This document shows, one piece after another, positions 39,605 through 50,312 of a stretch of 64,000 nt of DNA. A program made the translations under genes and the position numbers. The stretch lies in contig CAKOTF010000006.1 of the NCBI GenBank assembly GCA_934120045.1, positions 20,156 to 84,155 on the forward strand, written 5' to 3'. Position 1 is the stretch's first letter. Each line of letters starts with the position of its first letter. Under the pieces are notes generated by a model, which had not been told where the DNA came from, made no database searches, and worked only from the letters and a program-made list of their open reading frames with translations. Origin of the DNA: an uncultured Clostridia bacterium. GTDB lineage: Bacteria > Bacillota > Clostridia > TANB77 > CAG-508.

Positions 39605-40847
39605 TATTATCTATACTTTCCTTATAAATTTTTTCTATCTTTTCATAATATCCATTTGGACTATATTCATTTAAAGCAAATTCTTTTGCAGACTTTCCAA
39701 ATTTATCTGCTAACTCTTTGTTTTCAAATAATTCTTTCATTTTAGCTTCAAGCTCATTTATATCATCATATTTATATGTTAAACCATTTTTATTATTTAA
39801 CACCATTTCTGGAATTCCTCCAATATTAGCCCCTATTATAGCCTTTCCTATAGATTGTGTTTCAATAACTGAATATGGTCCATTTTCATACCAAATCGAT
39901 GGTATTACTAAAAATCTACATTTTCTAGTATATTCTCTCAAATCTTTTTGATTTAAATATCCCAAAAGAATAATTTTGTTTTCTAATTTATTAGATCTTA
40001 TTTTATTTTCTATATTTTCTCTTTCAGGTCCATCTCCTGCAATATAAAGTTTTATATTATCTAATTTATCATTATTTTTATTATTTTTTACTAAATTTGT
40101 AAAAGCTTCTACTAAATTCAATATTCCTTTTTCCTTCGCAAGTCTTCCAGAATATAATGCATATCCTTCATCTTCTACTTGTAAATTATAATCTTCTAAG
40201 TTAATAAAATTATGAATTGCATCAATTCTACTTTCATTAACTCCGTCCTCTATAAATTTATTTTTGTAAAATATTGATGGTGTTATTATATGTCCTATTT
40301 TTTTTGTATAAACTTTCTTATTTCTATAATATCTTCCCTCATATGCTCCAAGTAAACTTTTTAGTGTTGAGTTTTTTACACATTTTTTCTTAAAGCAATT
40401 CATGTATTTTCCACCCATACAATTTTCACAAATATTTTTTTCTCCATCCATCATACTAATTGCTGGACATATTGCTTGTACATCATGTGCTGTAAATACC
40501 ATTGGAATTTTATTTTTCCTACAACATTCAACTATTGATTCTGATAATTGTCTTTGAAAATTATTTAAATGTACTATATCTGGTTTAAAATCATCTATTG
40601 CTTCTTGCATTTTTTTATAATTTTCTTTTGAATATATTACATCTAATGCTTTTAGCTTACTTCCTGTATTTAAATCAATTTTTTCGACAAAATATTCTTT
40701 ATCTCCTGTTTTAATATTTCTGTCATCTTTCATCGAAAAATAAGCAACTTCATTTCCATATTTTTTTAATAATTTTCCTAATTCAAAATAATATTTTTCG
40801 CTTCCACCATTTAGATAGTGAAACTTATTTACTAGTAAAATTTTCAT
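39597..40847 (-). CDS. family 4 glycosyltransferase (GT1/GT4)
   Basis: 416 aa. C-terminal EX7E-like region YENGPYSVIETQSIGKAIIGANIGGIPE. Confidence 0.8.
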   Translation of the reverse strand: MKILLVNKFHYLNGGSEKYYFELGKLLKKYGNEVAYFSMKDDRNIKTGDKEYFVEKIDLNTGSKLKALDVIYSKENYKKMQEAIDDFKPDIVHLNNFQRQLSESIVECCRKNKIPMVFTAHDVQAICPAISMMDGEKNICENCMGGKYMNCFKKKCVKNSTLKSLLGAYEGRYYRNKKVYTKKIGHIITPSIFYKNKFIEDGVNESRIDAIHNFINLEDYNLQVEDEGYALYSGRLAKEKGILNLVEAFTNLVKNNKNNDKLDNIKLYIAGDGPERENIENKIRSNKLENKIILLGYLNQKDLREYTRKCRFLVIPSIWYENGPYSVIETQSIGKAIIGANIGGIPEMVLNNKNGLTYKYDDINELEAKMKELFENKELADKFGKSAKEFALNEYSPNGYYEKIEKIYKESIDNNE

Positions 40848-41863
40848 TTCTTTATTTCCTTATATATTTTCATTGTTCTTTCTACAACATCATTCCAAGA
40901 ATATTTATTTAAAATAAACTCTTGAATTTCTTTTGAATCATATCTATTTTTATCTTCTAGACATTCTTTTAATTTTTTTACTAAATCATCAACATTTCCC
41001 ATCTTGAATTTTGTTGCATATTGTTCAGCGACTTGTACATTTTCATCAATATCACTTATTAAAACATTGCATCCATAACTAAAAGCTTCTAATAATGATA
41101 TTGGCATTCCTTCAATATGACTTGGTAAACAATATAAATATGCATTACTATATAATTCATCTAATTCTTCACCTTGTACAAATCCTGTCATTATTATGTT
41201 TTTATTATCTTTTACTTTTTCTTTTATATGTTCTAAATATTCATTTGTGTGGCTTGCACCACCAGCTATTACTAATTTTTTATCTGTTTCAATTTGCATA
41301 TATGCATCTATTAAATCATCTAAACCTTTTTCTGGTACTATTCTTGCTAAAAACAAAATATAATCATTTTTATTTAAATTATATTTATTTTTTATAATAT
41401 TTGCTTGTCTAATTACTGGCTTATCTATTCCATTTGGAACAAAAATTGTTTCTCTATTATATGTTTCTTTAAAATATTTTTTTACATTTTCTGATAATAC
41501 AATTATTTCATCTGCATATTTTACTGCACATTTTTCTCCAAATTTTATATATTTTGTAGCAAATCCACCCCATTTTGATCTTTGCCAGTCTAATCCATGT
41601 ATTGTTACTACAATTTTTTTCTTAAATAAATGTGGAATCCAAAGCATTGCACATGACCCTTCTGCATGGTAATGTAAAACATCATAGTGTCCAAATAAAG
41701 CTCTTACACTTGCAAAAAAACTATATAAAAATGCATCAATTCCTTTTTTATTTATTGTTGGAATTGTAAGTATTTTTACACCTTTATATTCTTTTAACTT
41801 TTTCTTATCTTTGTCTGCATTTTTGTCTTGAACATTTTTTCCTTTTCTGTTATATGCGTCCAC
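40844..41863 (-). CDS. family 4 glycosyltransferase; true start probably ATG at 41969 with a frameshift at about 41948-41951
   Basis: 339 aa as called from a GTG. Just upstream the same frame reads FGHKRIPSREGGVEIVVEELSTRLVKLG, which is the GT4 N-terminal motif. An ATG giving MKIAMIRT* lies in the +1 frame 9 nt further upstream. Confidence 0.7.
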   Translation of the reverse strand: MDAYNRKGKNVQDKNADKDKKKLKEYKGVKILTIPTINKKGIDAFLYSFFASVRALFGHYDVLHYHAEGSCAMLWIPHLFKKKIVVTIHGLDWQRSKWGGFATKYIKFGEKCAVKYADEIIVLSENVKKYFKETYNRETIFVPNGIDKPVIRQANIIKNKYNLNKNDYILFLARIVPEKGLDDLIDAYMQIETDKKLVIAGGASHTNEYLEHIKEKVKDNKNIIMTGFVQGEELDELYSNAYLYCLPSHIEGMPISLLEAFSYGCNVLISDIDENVQVAEQYATKFKMGNVDDLVKKLKECLEDKNRYDSKEIQEFILNKYSWNDVVERTMKIYKEIKK

Positions 41864-41995
41864 TTGATTTCCTAGTTTTACTAATCTTGTTGATAATTCT
41901 TCAACAACGATTTCTACTCCACCTTCTCTACTAGGAATTCTTTTATGTCCGAATCATTGCAATCTTCATTTACTTTTGACTCCCTTTTTATTTTT

Positions 41996-42712
41996 CTACA
42001 AAGCTCCTTCTCTTTTAACCAACTTCATTGCAGTCTTAAACAATATTTTAATATCACCTTTCAAACTATGATTATAATAATATTGCATATCCAAATCAAT
42101 TCTAGTTGCAAAATCAACATCGCTTCTTCCACTTATTTGCCATAATCCTGTAAGACCTGGTTTACAAGTAGTTATGTATTTATAATAACCATTCATATCT
42201 TCTTTTTCTCTCTCAAGATAAGGTCTTGGTCCAACTAAGCTCATATCTCCTTTTAATACATTTATAAACTGTGGAAATTCATCTAAACTTGTTTTTCTTA
42301 TAAATTCACCAACTTTTGTTACTCTTGTATCATGTTTTAATTTTTTATATTTTTTATATTCTTTTCTAGCCTCTTCATTCTCTTCTAAATATTTTTTTAA
42401 TTTTTCATCTGCTCCTACAACCATTGAACGATATTTGTACATCTTAAATAACTTTCCGTTTTTTCCCATTCTATATTGACTATAAAATATTGGACCATTA
42501 TCTTTACAAATCAAATTTGCTATTGCTATTCCAATTGTTAATGGCATTAATACAATTGTTCCAACAATTCCCCCAAAAATATCTATTAATCTTTTTAAAA
42601 TTTTTTCAATTAATAAACTATCTGTTTTTTCTGGAATATATTGTTGTGGTTGTACTAATGCTGTTTCATTATTAGACGCTATTATTTCAGCCTCTTTTTC
42701 TTTTATATCCAT
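41996..42712 (-). CDS. bacterial sugar transferase (small priming phosphoglycosyl transferase, PF02397)
   Basis: DEFPQFINVLKGDMSLVGPRP. Confidence 0.85.
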   Translation of the reverse strand: MDIKEKEAEIIASNNETALVQPQQYIPEKTDSLLIEKILKRLIDIFGGIVGTIVLMPLTIGIAIANLICKDNGPIFYSQYRMGKNGKLFKMYKYRSMVVGADEKLKKYLEENEEARKEYKKYKKLKHDTRVTKVGEFIRKTSLDEFPQFINVLKGDMSLVGPRPYLEREKEDMNGYYKYITTCKPGLTGLWQISGRSDVDFATRIDLDMQYYYNHSLKGDIKILFKTAMKLVKREGAL

Positions 42713-42753
42713 TATTTATATTTCCCCCTTAAATATAAATTGTAATACTTTTG

Positions 42754-43287
42754 TTACATTCTATCAGATGTTACTTCTCTATTCTCTTTCTTTTTTCTCT
42801 CACTCACTTTTCTTGCAATCCATAATACAAAAATCACAATACATATACCAAGGCAAACACCTGCAGAGTCAATCATAACATCAAAAAATCTAGCAGACCT
42901 CCCAGGCACAAAATATTGATGTATTTCATCAGAACTTGCATACAATACACCAACTATTAAACTTGTCCATATTCTTTTATTTTGCTTTAACTTATATGTG
43001 CTCATAAGTGACATCATTAGTACTCCTACTACTGTATATATTGAAAAATGTGCTAATTTTCTTATTATTTTTTCTGTATGCTCTAAAAATAGCTCTTTTT
43101 CATTTTTAGGCATATTTTGTACTTTTTTGATATTACTTGTAACTATTTCTGTAACTTTTCTACTAACTCCACTTGACTGTGTTCCATTTTGGTTTGAAAA
43201 ACAGAATATTCGTACAAATGTTGCAAGTAATAATATTATTAATATTCCTCTTAATATGTTTATTTTGCTAATCTTATTTTTTCTCAT
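42754..43287 (-). CDS. VanZ-like family membrane protein
   Basis: 177 aa. HFSIYTVVGVLMMSL...SDEIHQYFVPGRSARFFDVMIDS. Confidence 0.7.
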   Translation of the reverse strand: MRKNKISKINILRGILIILLLATFVRIFCFSNQNGTQSSGVSRKVTEIVTSNIKKVQNMPKNEKELFLEHTEKIIRKLAHFSIYTVVGVLMMSLMSTYKLKQNKRIWTSLIVGVLYASSDEIHQYFVPGRSARFFDVMIDSAGVCLGICIVIFVLWIARKVSERKKKENREVTSDRM

Positions 43288-43545
43288 TTTTGTTCCTCTG
43301 TTCCTATCTATATAATTTTAATATTATATTAAGATTTTGTCAATATGCAACAGGCTATTTTTCATCCAAAAATGCCTCCATTTTTGGAGATTTTATACAA
43401 CTTTCTTAACAAAAAAGTCAGAACTCAAAGTCCGTTATCTCATTATCAAATCCATTTTAATTTAATAATAAGTAACAACTTCATTTTCTGACTTTCTTTA
43501 TAATTAAATTTTACTTTTTATTTTATATCATCTTTACCTATAATT

Positions 43546-44601
43546 CTATTCACCATAAATAGTATTTTTCATATTCTTACTAGCCTTTTGTAGATCACAA
43601 ACATAATAATATATACCATTTATATTATCACCTTTTCCACCATCATCTTCTGAAGGAATTTGTTTTGATGGTATATTGGTTAAATATTTATTTGTATTTC
43701 CTAATACATCTGAAGCAATTCCCATACATTCAGAAACATTCAAATTTGTTTTTACCTCTGATAATACACTATCACTCAAACTCCAAAGCTGTGTTATACT
43801 CATTGTAGATACTTTATTCATTGCCGCTGTAAGAACATCTCTTTGACGTTCCTCTCTCGTAAAATCATTCCCTACAGTTCTATTTCTTGAATGTGTCAAT
43901 GCTTGTTCACCTGTTAATTTTACTTTTCCATAACTTGATAACAATTGTGTAGGTTTTCCAGTTAATCCATATGATTCATTTACTTTTTCATTAATATAAT
44001 CCATTTCAGCCTTGCTAATTGTTAACTCTATACCACCAATTTTATTAATAACGTTTATTAATCCTTTAAAATTAATTGTTACATATTCAGATATATTTAA
44101 TCCAAAATTAGAGTTTATTGTTTTTAATGCTAATTGTTCTTTTCCATATGCATATGCATGGTTTATTTTTGTTTTTCCATGTCCTGCTACAGAAACATAT
44201 GTATCTCTTGGAATACTTATTAATTTTATTGTTTTATCTGCTTGATTTATTGATGCAATCATTATTGCATCACTTCTACCACCATCTATTCCAAATAGTG
44301 CTACATTTTTTATTTTATTAAATTCATCTTTGCTTACATTATCAGATACTTCAGTATAAAGAGCATCATTTACTCCTAAATCATCTGTATTTAAATCATT
44401 ATCAAAATTTATTTTTGATATTTTTCCTGCAACCATTCCTGCAGCAACTCCTAATAATATTACTAATATAATTAGGATTACAGCTATTGCTATTCCAATA
44501 ATTTTACCTGTTTTTCCTTTTTTATTTTGATATCTTTTCCCACCTTTTGTTTTTCTTGCTTGTCCATTTTCTTCATCAATCATTTGCCCATTCCTCCTCA
44601 T
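43546..44601 (-). CDS. LytR-CpsA-Psr (LCP) family protein
   Basis: 351 aa. N-terminal TM, then GIDGGRSDAIMIASINQADKTIKLISIPRDTYV. Confidence 0.85.
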   Translation of the reverse strand: MRRNGQMIDEENGQARKTKGGKRYQNKKGKTGKIIGIAIAVILIILVILLGVAAGMVAGKISKINFDNDLNTDDLGVNDALYTEVSDNVSKDEFNKIKNVALFGIDGGRSDAIMIASINQADKTIKLISIPRDTYVSVAGHGKTKINHAYAYGKEQLALKTINSNFGLNISEYVTINFKGLINVINKIGGIELTISKAEMDYINEKVNESYGLTGKPTQLLSSYGKVKLTGEQALTHSRNRTVGNDFTREERQRDVLTAAMNKVSTMSITQLWSLSDSVLSEVKTNLNVSECMGIASDVLGNTNKYLTNIPSKQIPSEDDGGKGDNINGIYYYVCDLQKASKNMKNTIYGE

Positions 44602-44608
44602 ATAAATT

Positions 44609-45847
44609 TTATTTTATAATAGTTGCAATCTCGTCTAATGTTTTTTTAACTATTTTTTGACAATTACTTACATTTTCTTTTATTTTTTTAGTTAAATCAT
44701 CATAATTTTTTTCTACATAATCAACTTTTTCATTAACGATATCAACTATTCCACTTTGCCACAATTCTTCGTTCTTTGCTTCTATAACTAAATTATTCAT
44801 TTTTAATCCTTCAGCAATAACACCTTTATATTTAGAGCTATATGATAGACATATTGCTGGCTTTCCCATTTGAAAACTTGATACTGCAGCATGCATTCTA
44901 CATGTTAATGTAAAATATGCATGTCCTAAAATAATTCGTGCTTCTACTGGCAATATTTGTTCTTTTATAACTGTAAGATTTTCATTAATATAATTATTGT
45001 ACTTTGAATTTATCATCTTTAACATCGTGTTATCTGATAATGCTGGCTCTGCTGTTGTTACATGTGATAGCCATACTATTTTTTTATTTGAATATTTTGT
45101 TTTTATATTATCTATTATTTTTATAAAGTTTGAGTAAAAGTTATTTTCATTATTACAATACCATTTTGCTAGTCCTGTTCCAACAACTACAATATAATCA
45201 TTATCACTTAATTCATATTTTTCTAATATATTTTTATAATTATTATTATATTTTTCTTGTAAATGTAAATCTAAAAATGCTAAATCTCTAGATATTATTG
45301 GTTTTACTCCTATTTCTTCTTCTAAATATTTTCCAGATACATCATCTCTTGTATATACATTAATTTTTTTAAATAACTTGCTTGCAAATTCTTTTCTTTT
45401 TCCAGTATATGGGCCTATTGTTTGTCCTAACATAATGACTTTAGATTTTTTATTTAAGCCATCTAACTGTTGTAAAGCTTTTAATGCATATTTTTTATTT
45501 GAATATGTTTCAGCAAAATCATCTCCACCTAATACTAAAATACAATCAAACTTCTTTGCTTTTCTAATAACTTTTGCTTGATATAATTCATATTTTACTT
45601 TTCTTTCTACTTTAGCAAAAATTCCACTTTTCAATAAAAACTTTTCTTTATATATATTTTCAGAATAAATTTTTTCATATTCTGTTGCTTTTTTTAATCT
45701 ATCTATATTATCAGAAGTTGCATTATCTATATAATATTCTGGTTCTTCAATTCTTTTATTCAATTCTTTTATTATGTTTTCACACATCATCATGCTTCCG
45801 TAATTGTATGTATTAGGTGCATTTCTAATTAAAATTTTCATATTCAA
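44609..45847 (-). CDS. polysaccharide pyruvyl transferase family protein (second copy)
   Basis: 412 aa. IRNAPNTYNYGSMMMCENII ... ILVLGGDDF. Confidence 0.45.
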   Translation of the reverse strand: MNMKILIRNAPNTYNYGSMMMCENIIKELNKRIEEPEYYIDNATSDNIDRLKKATEYEKIYSENIYKEKFLLKSGIFAKVERKVKYELYQAKVIRKAKKFDCILVLGGDDFAETYSNKKYALKALQQLDGLNKKSKVIMLGQTIGPYTGKRKEFASKLFKKINVYTRDDVSGKYLEEEIGVKPIISRDLAFLDLHLQEKYNNNYKNILEKYELSDNDYIVVVGTGLAKWYCNNENNFYSNFIKIIDNIKTKYSNKKIVWLSHVTTAEPALSDNTMLKMINSKYNNYINENLTVIKEQILPVEARIILGHAYFTLTCRMHAAVSSFQMGKPAICLSYSSKYKGVIAEGLKMNNLVIEAKNEELWQSGIVDIVNEKVDYVEKNYDDLTKKIKENVSNCQKIVKKTLDEIATIIK

Positions 45848-45856
45848 TTTTACTCC

Positions 45857-46858
45857 TTATCCCTTTAGTTTCTCTTTTAATACAGAAAAAACAATTATTA
45901 AGTTAACATTTTTTCTTATTATTAGTTTTCTTAATATTTTCAATTGTAATAAATCATATTTCATGTCTTTTAAATAATTTGCTTCTTTCAATGTTACAAG
46001 TTTTTGTATTTCTTCTTTTTTCTGTGAATTTGAAAGTGGACAACTTTTAATAAATAAATTTTGTATTGAATTAATTATACTATTACATTTATGTTCTCTA
46101 TACGCATTCTGATTTTCTTCATTAAATGCTTGGTTTTCTTCTAAAAGATTTCTTATTTTATTAAGTAAATAATTTTGGTTTTCGTAATAATTTTCTCTAT
46201 ATTTGTTAGTTACTGAACTTGGATTTATTCTATAATAATAGTAACTATCATCTAAAATTTTAATTTTATCACAATATTTAAAATATTCTAAATTAAATAG
46301 TAAATCCTCTCCTATTTTAAAATTTATATTAAATCTTATATTATTATCTTTTATTATTTTAGACCTGTACATTTTGTTCCAAGGTGGATTTATTATTAAA
46401 TTATTATAATAAACAAAAAATTTGTCTAGTAATTCTTTCTTAGATATACTTTTATCTGGAACATTACATTTGTTTTTCTCAATCTCATTATATACTTTTG
46501 AATAATTATATATTAAAAATTCATCCTCATGTTCTTCTTGAATTTTTATCAATTCTTCTATCATATTTTCTTTTATATAATCGTCTGAGTCAATAAAAAT
46601 AATATATTCTCCATTACTTTGTTCGATTCCTAAGTTTCTACTATAAGATACTCCATGATTTTCTATGTTTAAAACTTTTATATTTTCATATTTTTTTTCA
46701 TATTCTTCACATATATTTTTTGAATTATCTATTGATCCATCATTTACTAAAATAACTTCAAAATTATTATATGTTTGATTAACTATGCTATCTACACATT
46801 CTTTCAAATATTTTTCAGCATTATATACTGGTACTATTACACTTACTTTTTTTTCCAT
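45857..46858 (-). CDS. family 2 glycosyltransferase
   Basis: VSVIVPVYNAEKYLKECVDSIVNQTYNNFEVILVNDGSIDNS; DSDD. Confidence 0.85.
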   Translation of the reverse strand: MEKKVSVIVPVYNAEKYLKECVDSIVNQTYNNFEVILVNDGSIDNSKNICEEYEKKYENIKVLNIENHGVSYSRNLGIEQSNGEYIIFIDSDDYIKENMIEELIKIQEEHEDEFLIYNYSKVYNEIEKNKCNVPDKSISKKELLDKFFVYYNNLIINPPWNKMYRSKIIKDNNIRFNINFKIGEDLLFNLEYFKYCDKIKILDDSYYYYRINPSSVTNKYRENYYENQNYLLNKIRNLLEENQAFNEENQNAYREHKCNSIINSIQNLFIKSCPLSNSQKKEEIQKLVTLKEANYLKDMKYDLLQLKILRKLIIRKNVNLIIVFSVLKEKLKG

Positions 46859-46870
46859 ATATTCTCCATA

Positions 46871-47749
46871 TTAAATAAATATTAATAAAAAAATCATTTC
46901 ATTACTTAATGGTAATGTTATAGATGTTATTAATATAGCTATTTTTAAAATACTAAAATACTCACTGTCTTTTCTATCTTCAACTTGCATTCCTAATAGT
47001 TTATTTTCTCTAAAGTTCATAATAATATATGCTAGAATAATTATTGCTCCTATTACTCCAAAATTATATATAAAATCTATGTATGTATTATGTGAATATT
47101 TATCTTTTTTAAAATATTCTGAATAAATCATTTTAGTATCTGGACCATTACCTAATAATATATTTAAAATAGGTCTTTTAAAAGATGAATTAAGAAAATT
47201 TCTAGCTATAGGTAATCTCCCTGAAGATAAACTATCCCATTCTCCATTTTCAATTTTATATATTATCATTTCTATTCTACCTAATTCTTTATTATCAGAT
47301 TTTGTATTTACTTTGGCTATAATAACTCCTACTCCAATTATTCCAATTACTACTAATGATCCTAGTAATTTAAATTTTCTATTTTTTATTAAATAAATCA
47401 AAATTAAAATAGCAAATATTATAAAACCTGTTATACTTGACGTCATTAATAGCATTATTATAAAAAATGTAAATATACTATAATATAATACCTTTTTTTC
47501 TAAAAATTTTTCTTTTAAATAATATAATGTTATTAATCCAATATTTATATATAATGCCATAAAATTAGGCTCATAAGATCCTTTAAATCTAACAAATACA
47601 CTACTTCCTCTTACATCATTAAAAAATGCATTATTTACTAATCCCCATATTCCTGATAACAATACTGAAAATACTATCGTATATTTTATTTTTTCTATTA
47701 TATCTTCTCTATCTTCACTTGTAAATTTAGAAATATTATTAGAAAACAT
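46871..47749 (-). CDS. Wzy-type polymerase/O-antigen ligase-like, C-terminal portion of a gene frameshifted near 47946
   Basis: Wzy_C-like SSGRLPIARNF...GNGPDT...YSHNTYIDFIYNFGVIGAI. The upstream reading frame stays open to the 47877-48155 ORF after a 1-nt shift. Confidence 0.6.
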   Translation of the reverse strand: MFSNNISKFTSEDREDIIEKIKYTIVFSVLLSGIWGLVNNAFFNDVRGSSVFVRFKGSYEPNFMALYINIGLITLYYLKEKFLEKKVLYYSIFTFFIIMLLMTSSITGFIIFAILILIYLIKNRKFKLLGSLVVIGIIGVGVIIAKVNTKSDNKELGRIEMIIYKIENGEWDSLSSGRLPIARNFLNSSFKRPILNILLGNGPDTKMIYSEYFKKDKYSHNTYIDFIYNFGVIGAIIILAYIIMNFRENKLLGMQVEDRKDSEYFSILKIAILITSITLPLSNEMIFLLIFI

Positions 47750-47876
47750 AATAACTATTAATATATTGATAAATATAATTATATCATTACTATTAATTCC
47801 AAAAGATAATATTCCACATAATATTGAGATAGCAAAAAAAGCTAATATTATTATTGATTTTTTATTAATCGTATCT

Positions 47877-48155
47877 TTATTTTTTACTAAATATATTATA
47901 TTTTTTATTAAAATTAATGGTATTAATATCTTTGAAACAATACCACCGCATCACATCATTTTTAAAGGCTTCTTCAAAAAAAGATAAATAAATGTATGCT
48001 AGCAGCAATTCTTTTTGGTTACAAAAAACTAGAATTCCTGCAAGTGCAATTGTTAAAAATATATCAAAATATAAATTCTTTCCGAAAAAAACACTCAATA
48101 TTAATATACAAAGTACTATGATTTTTTTATTTTTTTTTATTTTTTCCTTTATCAT
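47877..48155 (-). CDS. N-terminal portion of the same frameshifted Wzy-type polymerase
   Basis: 92 aa. TM helices. The last ~25 aa look out of frame. Shifting by 1 nt at about 47946 gives MGGIVSKILIPLILIKNIIYLV..., contiguous with 46871-47749. Confidence 0.45.
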   Translation of the reverse strand: MIKEKIKKNKKIIVLCILILSVFFGKNLYFDIFLTIALAGILVFCNQKELLLAYIYLSFFEEAFKNDVMRWYCFKDINTINFNKKYNIFSKK

Positions 48156-49336
48156 ATGTTACAAATCTCCTTATAAATCCTCTCACAATTATTTTTATCT
48201 ACATATTTAAAGAACTCATTTACTCTATTTTGAAATATCTCTTCCATTTCAAAATTATTTTCATTCATTTTTATAATTTCATTAATACTCTCATCAATTG
48301 AAGTAGTTATTTTTCCAAATCCATCTTTTTCATATTTGAAATAACCTTCTGGATAATGTATCTTTCTATAATTTTCATCGTCAAATTGAAAATATTGTAA
48401 TGGCTTTTTCATATATGCAAAGTCAAAAGCAACACTTGAATAATCTGTAATCAGATATTTTGATTCTTTCATCAATGTTTGAATATCATATTTATTTTTG
48501 TTTGCCATTATTATATTTTTACTGTTTGGTATAAATAAATCGATATATATTTGCATATTATCATGTAAATATACTATAAATTCATAATTATTCTTTTCTA
48601 AAAAGTTTATTAATTTTTCATTATTGATATATTGGTTAATTGTTTTGTAATAATTAGATTCTAAAAAAATCTTTTCATATTTTTTATAATCTTCTTTATT
48701 GTCTGATACCAAATTGCTTCTCCAAGTAAGCATAAATAAAATTTGCTTTTTCTCTTTGTTGAATTCTAGTCCATCATATCTACAAAATCCAATATTTTTT
48801 ACCACTTCTTCTGGATAACCTAATTCTTTTATTACAAATTCTCGTTCTCTTGGACTAACACAACAAAACAAATCAATTTTATTTTTGTATGACTCTAACC
48901 ATTCTGGTTTTGCTTGTGTTATACCATGTTGTAAAAATATACTTTTAAATTTATAAATATTTTTCATTTGTAAAGTATAACAAATTCTATTTGGTAGTCC
49001 TCCTCCAACTTGTGAACTTATGTTTTTGTTACATGCCCATGTATAAATATGATGTTTTAGGCTTCCAAATTTTATTATGTTTTTATCAAATTGTGATATT
49101 TTATTATAATCATTTGATTTTTTATTAATTGCATAAAATACATCATCTTTTAATTTATTTTCTTCAATATATTTAAAAAGATAATAACCATTATCTTTTG
49201 CATCATTTTCACGTTCTGATATTATCCAAATATCTTTTTTTATTTTTTTTAGAAATATTCCTGGAATAAATGATATTATTATTTTTAGTAAATGTATATA
49301 ATCATTTTTCCTCATTTTTTTTATTTTTTCTAACAT
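48152..49336 (-). CDS. CDP-glycerol glycerophosphotransferase family protein (TagB/TagF-like)
   Basis: 394 aa. Size, context and overall similarity pattern. Assigned with limited certainty. Confidence 0.5.
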   Translation of the reverse strand: MLEKIKKMRKNDYIHLLKIIISFIPGIFLKKIKKDIWIISERENDAKDNGYYLFKYIEENKLKDDVFYAINKKSNDYNKISQFDKNIIKFGSLKHHIYTWACNKNISSQVGGGLPNRICYTLQMKNIYKFKSIFLQHGITQAKPEWLESYKNKIDLFCCVSPREREFVIKELGYPEEVVKNIGFCRYDGLEFNKEKKQILFMLTWRSNLVSDNKEDYKKYEKIFLESNYYKTINQYINNEKLINFLEKNNYEFIVYLHDNMQIYIDLFIPNSKNIIMANKNKYDIQTLMKESKYLITDYSSVAFDFAYMKKPLQYFQFDDENYRKIHYPEGYFKYEKDGFGKITTSIDESINEIIKMNENNFEMEEIFQNRVNEFFKYVDKNNCERIYKEICNI

Positions 49337-49346
49337 CTTTTCCTCT

Positions 49347-50312
49347 CTATCCTACAAATTTATCATGTATTACTGCAAATATTTTTGATAATATTAATGT
49401 TTTATAATTTAAAGTATATATAAATATTCTTTTAGCTTTATTAAAATTTTTCAAATACTTATTCTTCATAAAATTAGGATAAGATTTTTTAAATTTCTCT
49501 ATATGTTCAATTATTTTCTTTGAATCTGTTTTATTTTTTAACATTACAAGTGTTTTTCCATATAACAAATGTTCAATCGCTCTAAACTCTAATTCTTCTT
49601 TATATTTTTTTTCATCAATTTGTTGTTTAAATCTTTCAAATGATTTATCAAAATATGATAAATCATTTTCAATTTTATTAGATGCTGAATTTGCTCTTTG
49701 GTAATAATTGTATAAGACATCTTCTATTACTATTGGATTTTTTGCTTTATATGCTACTATTGGTATTACTTCTAATTCTTCACATCTTTTTAAATCTATT
49801 GGATATTTCACATTATTATCTATAAATAAATCTTTTTTTATTAACTTTGCCCATGAAGATAATGTCATATAACTTACTATTTCTTCTTTTGTGATTTTAT
49901 CTTTTGAAAAATATGAAGATATATCAACCTTTATTTTTTTATTTTCATAACTTACATAATGATTAGCAATAATAAAATCAGCTTTTCTTTGTTTTGCTAA
50001 TTTTACAAAAGTAGATATGGCATTTTCTTCATACCAATCATCAGCATCACTAAACATTATATACTCTCCTTTAGCCTTTTCAATTCCTACGTTTCTGGCA
50101 TTTGATACCCCTTGATTTTTTTCAAGTTCAATTACTTTAACACAATCATTTTGCTCTTGTAATTGTTTAGCTATTTCTCTAGATTTATCTGTTGAACAAT
50201 CATCTATTAATAAAATCTCTATATTTTCTTGTTGTTTTGTTAATGATTCTACACATCTTTTTAAATATTTATCTGCATTATATACTGGTATTATAATACT
50301 TACATCTATCAT
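49347..50312 (-). CDS. family 2 glycosyltransferase
   Basis: VSIIIPVYNADKYLKRCVESL...ILLIDDCSTDKS; DADD. Confidence 0.85.
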   Translation of the reverse strand: MIDVSIIIPVYNADKYLKRCVESLTKQQENIEILLIDDCSTDKSREIAKQLQEQNDCVKVIELEKNQGVSNARNVGIEKAKGEYIMFSDADDWYEENAISTFVKLAKQRKADFIIANHYVSYENKKIKVDISSYFSKDKITKEEIVSYMTLSSWAKLIKKDLFIDNNVKYPIDLKRCEELEVIPIVAYKAKNPIVIEDVLYNYYQRANSASNKIENDLSYFDKSFERFKQQIDEKKYKEELEFRAIEHLLYGKTLVMLKNKTDSKKIIEHIEKFKKSYPNFMKNKYLKNFNKAKRIFIYTLNYKTLILSKIFAVIHDKFVG

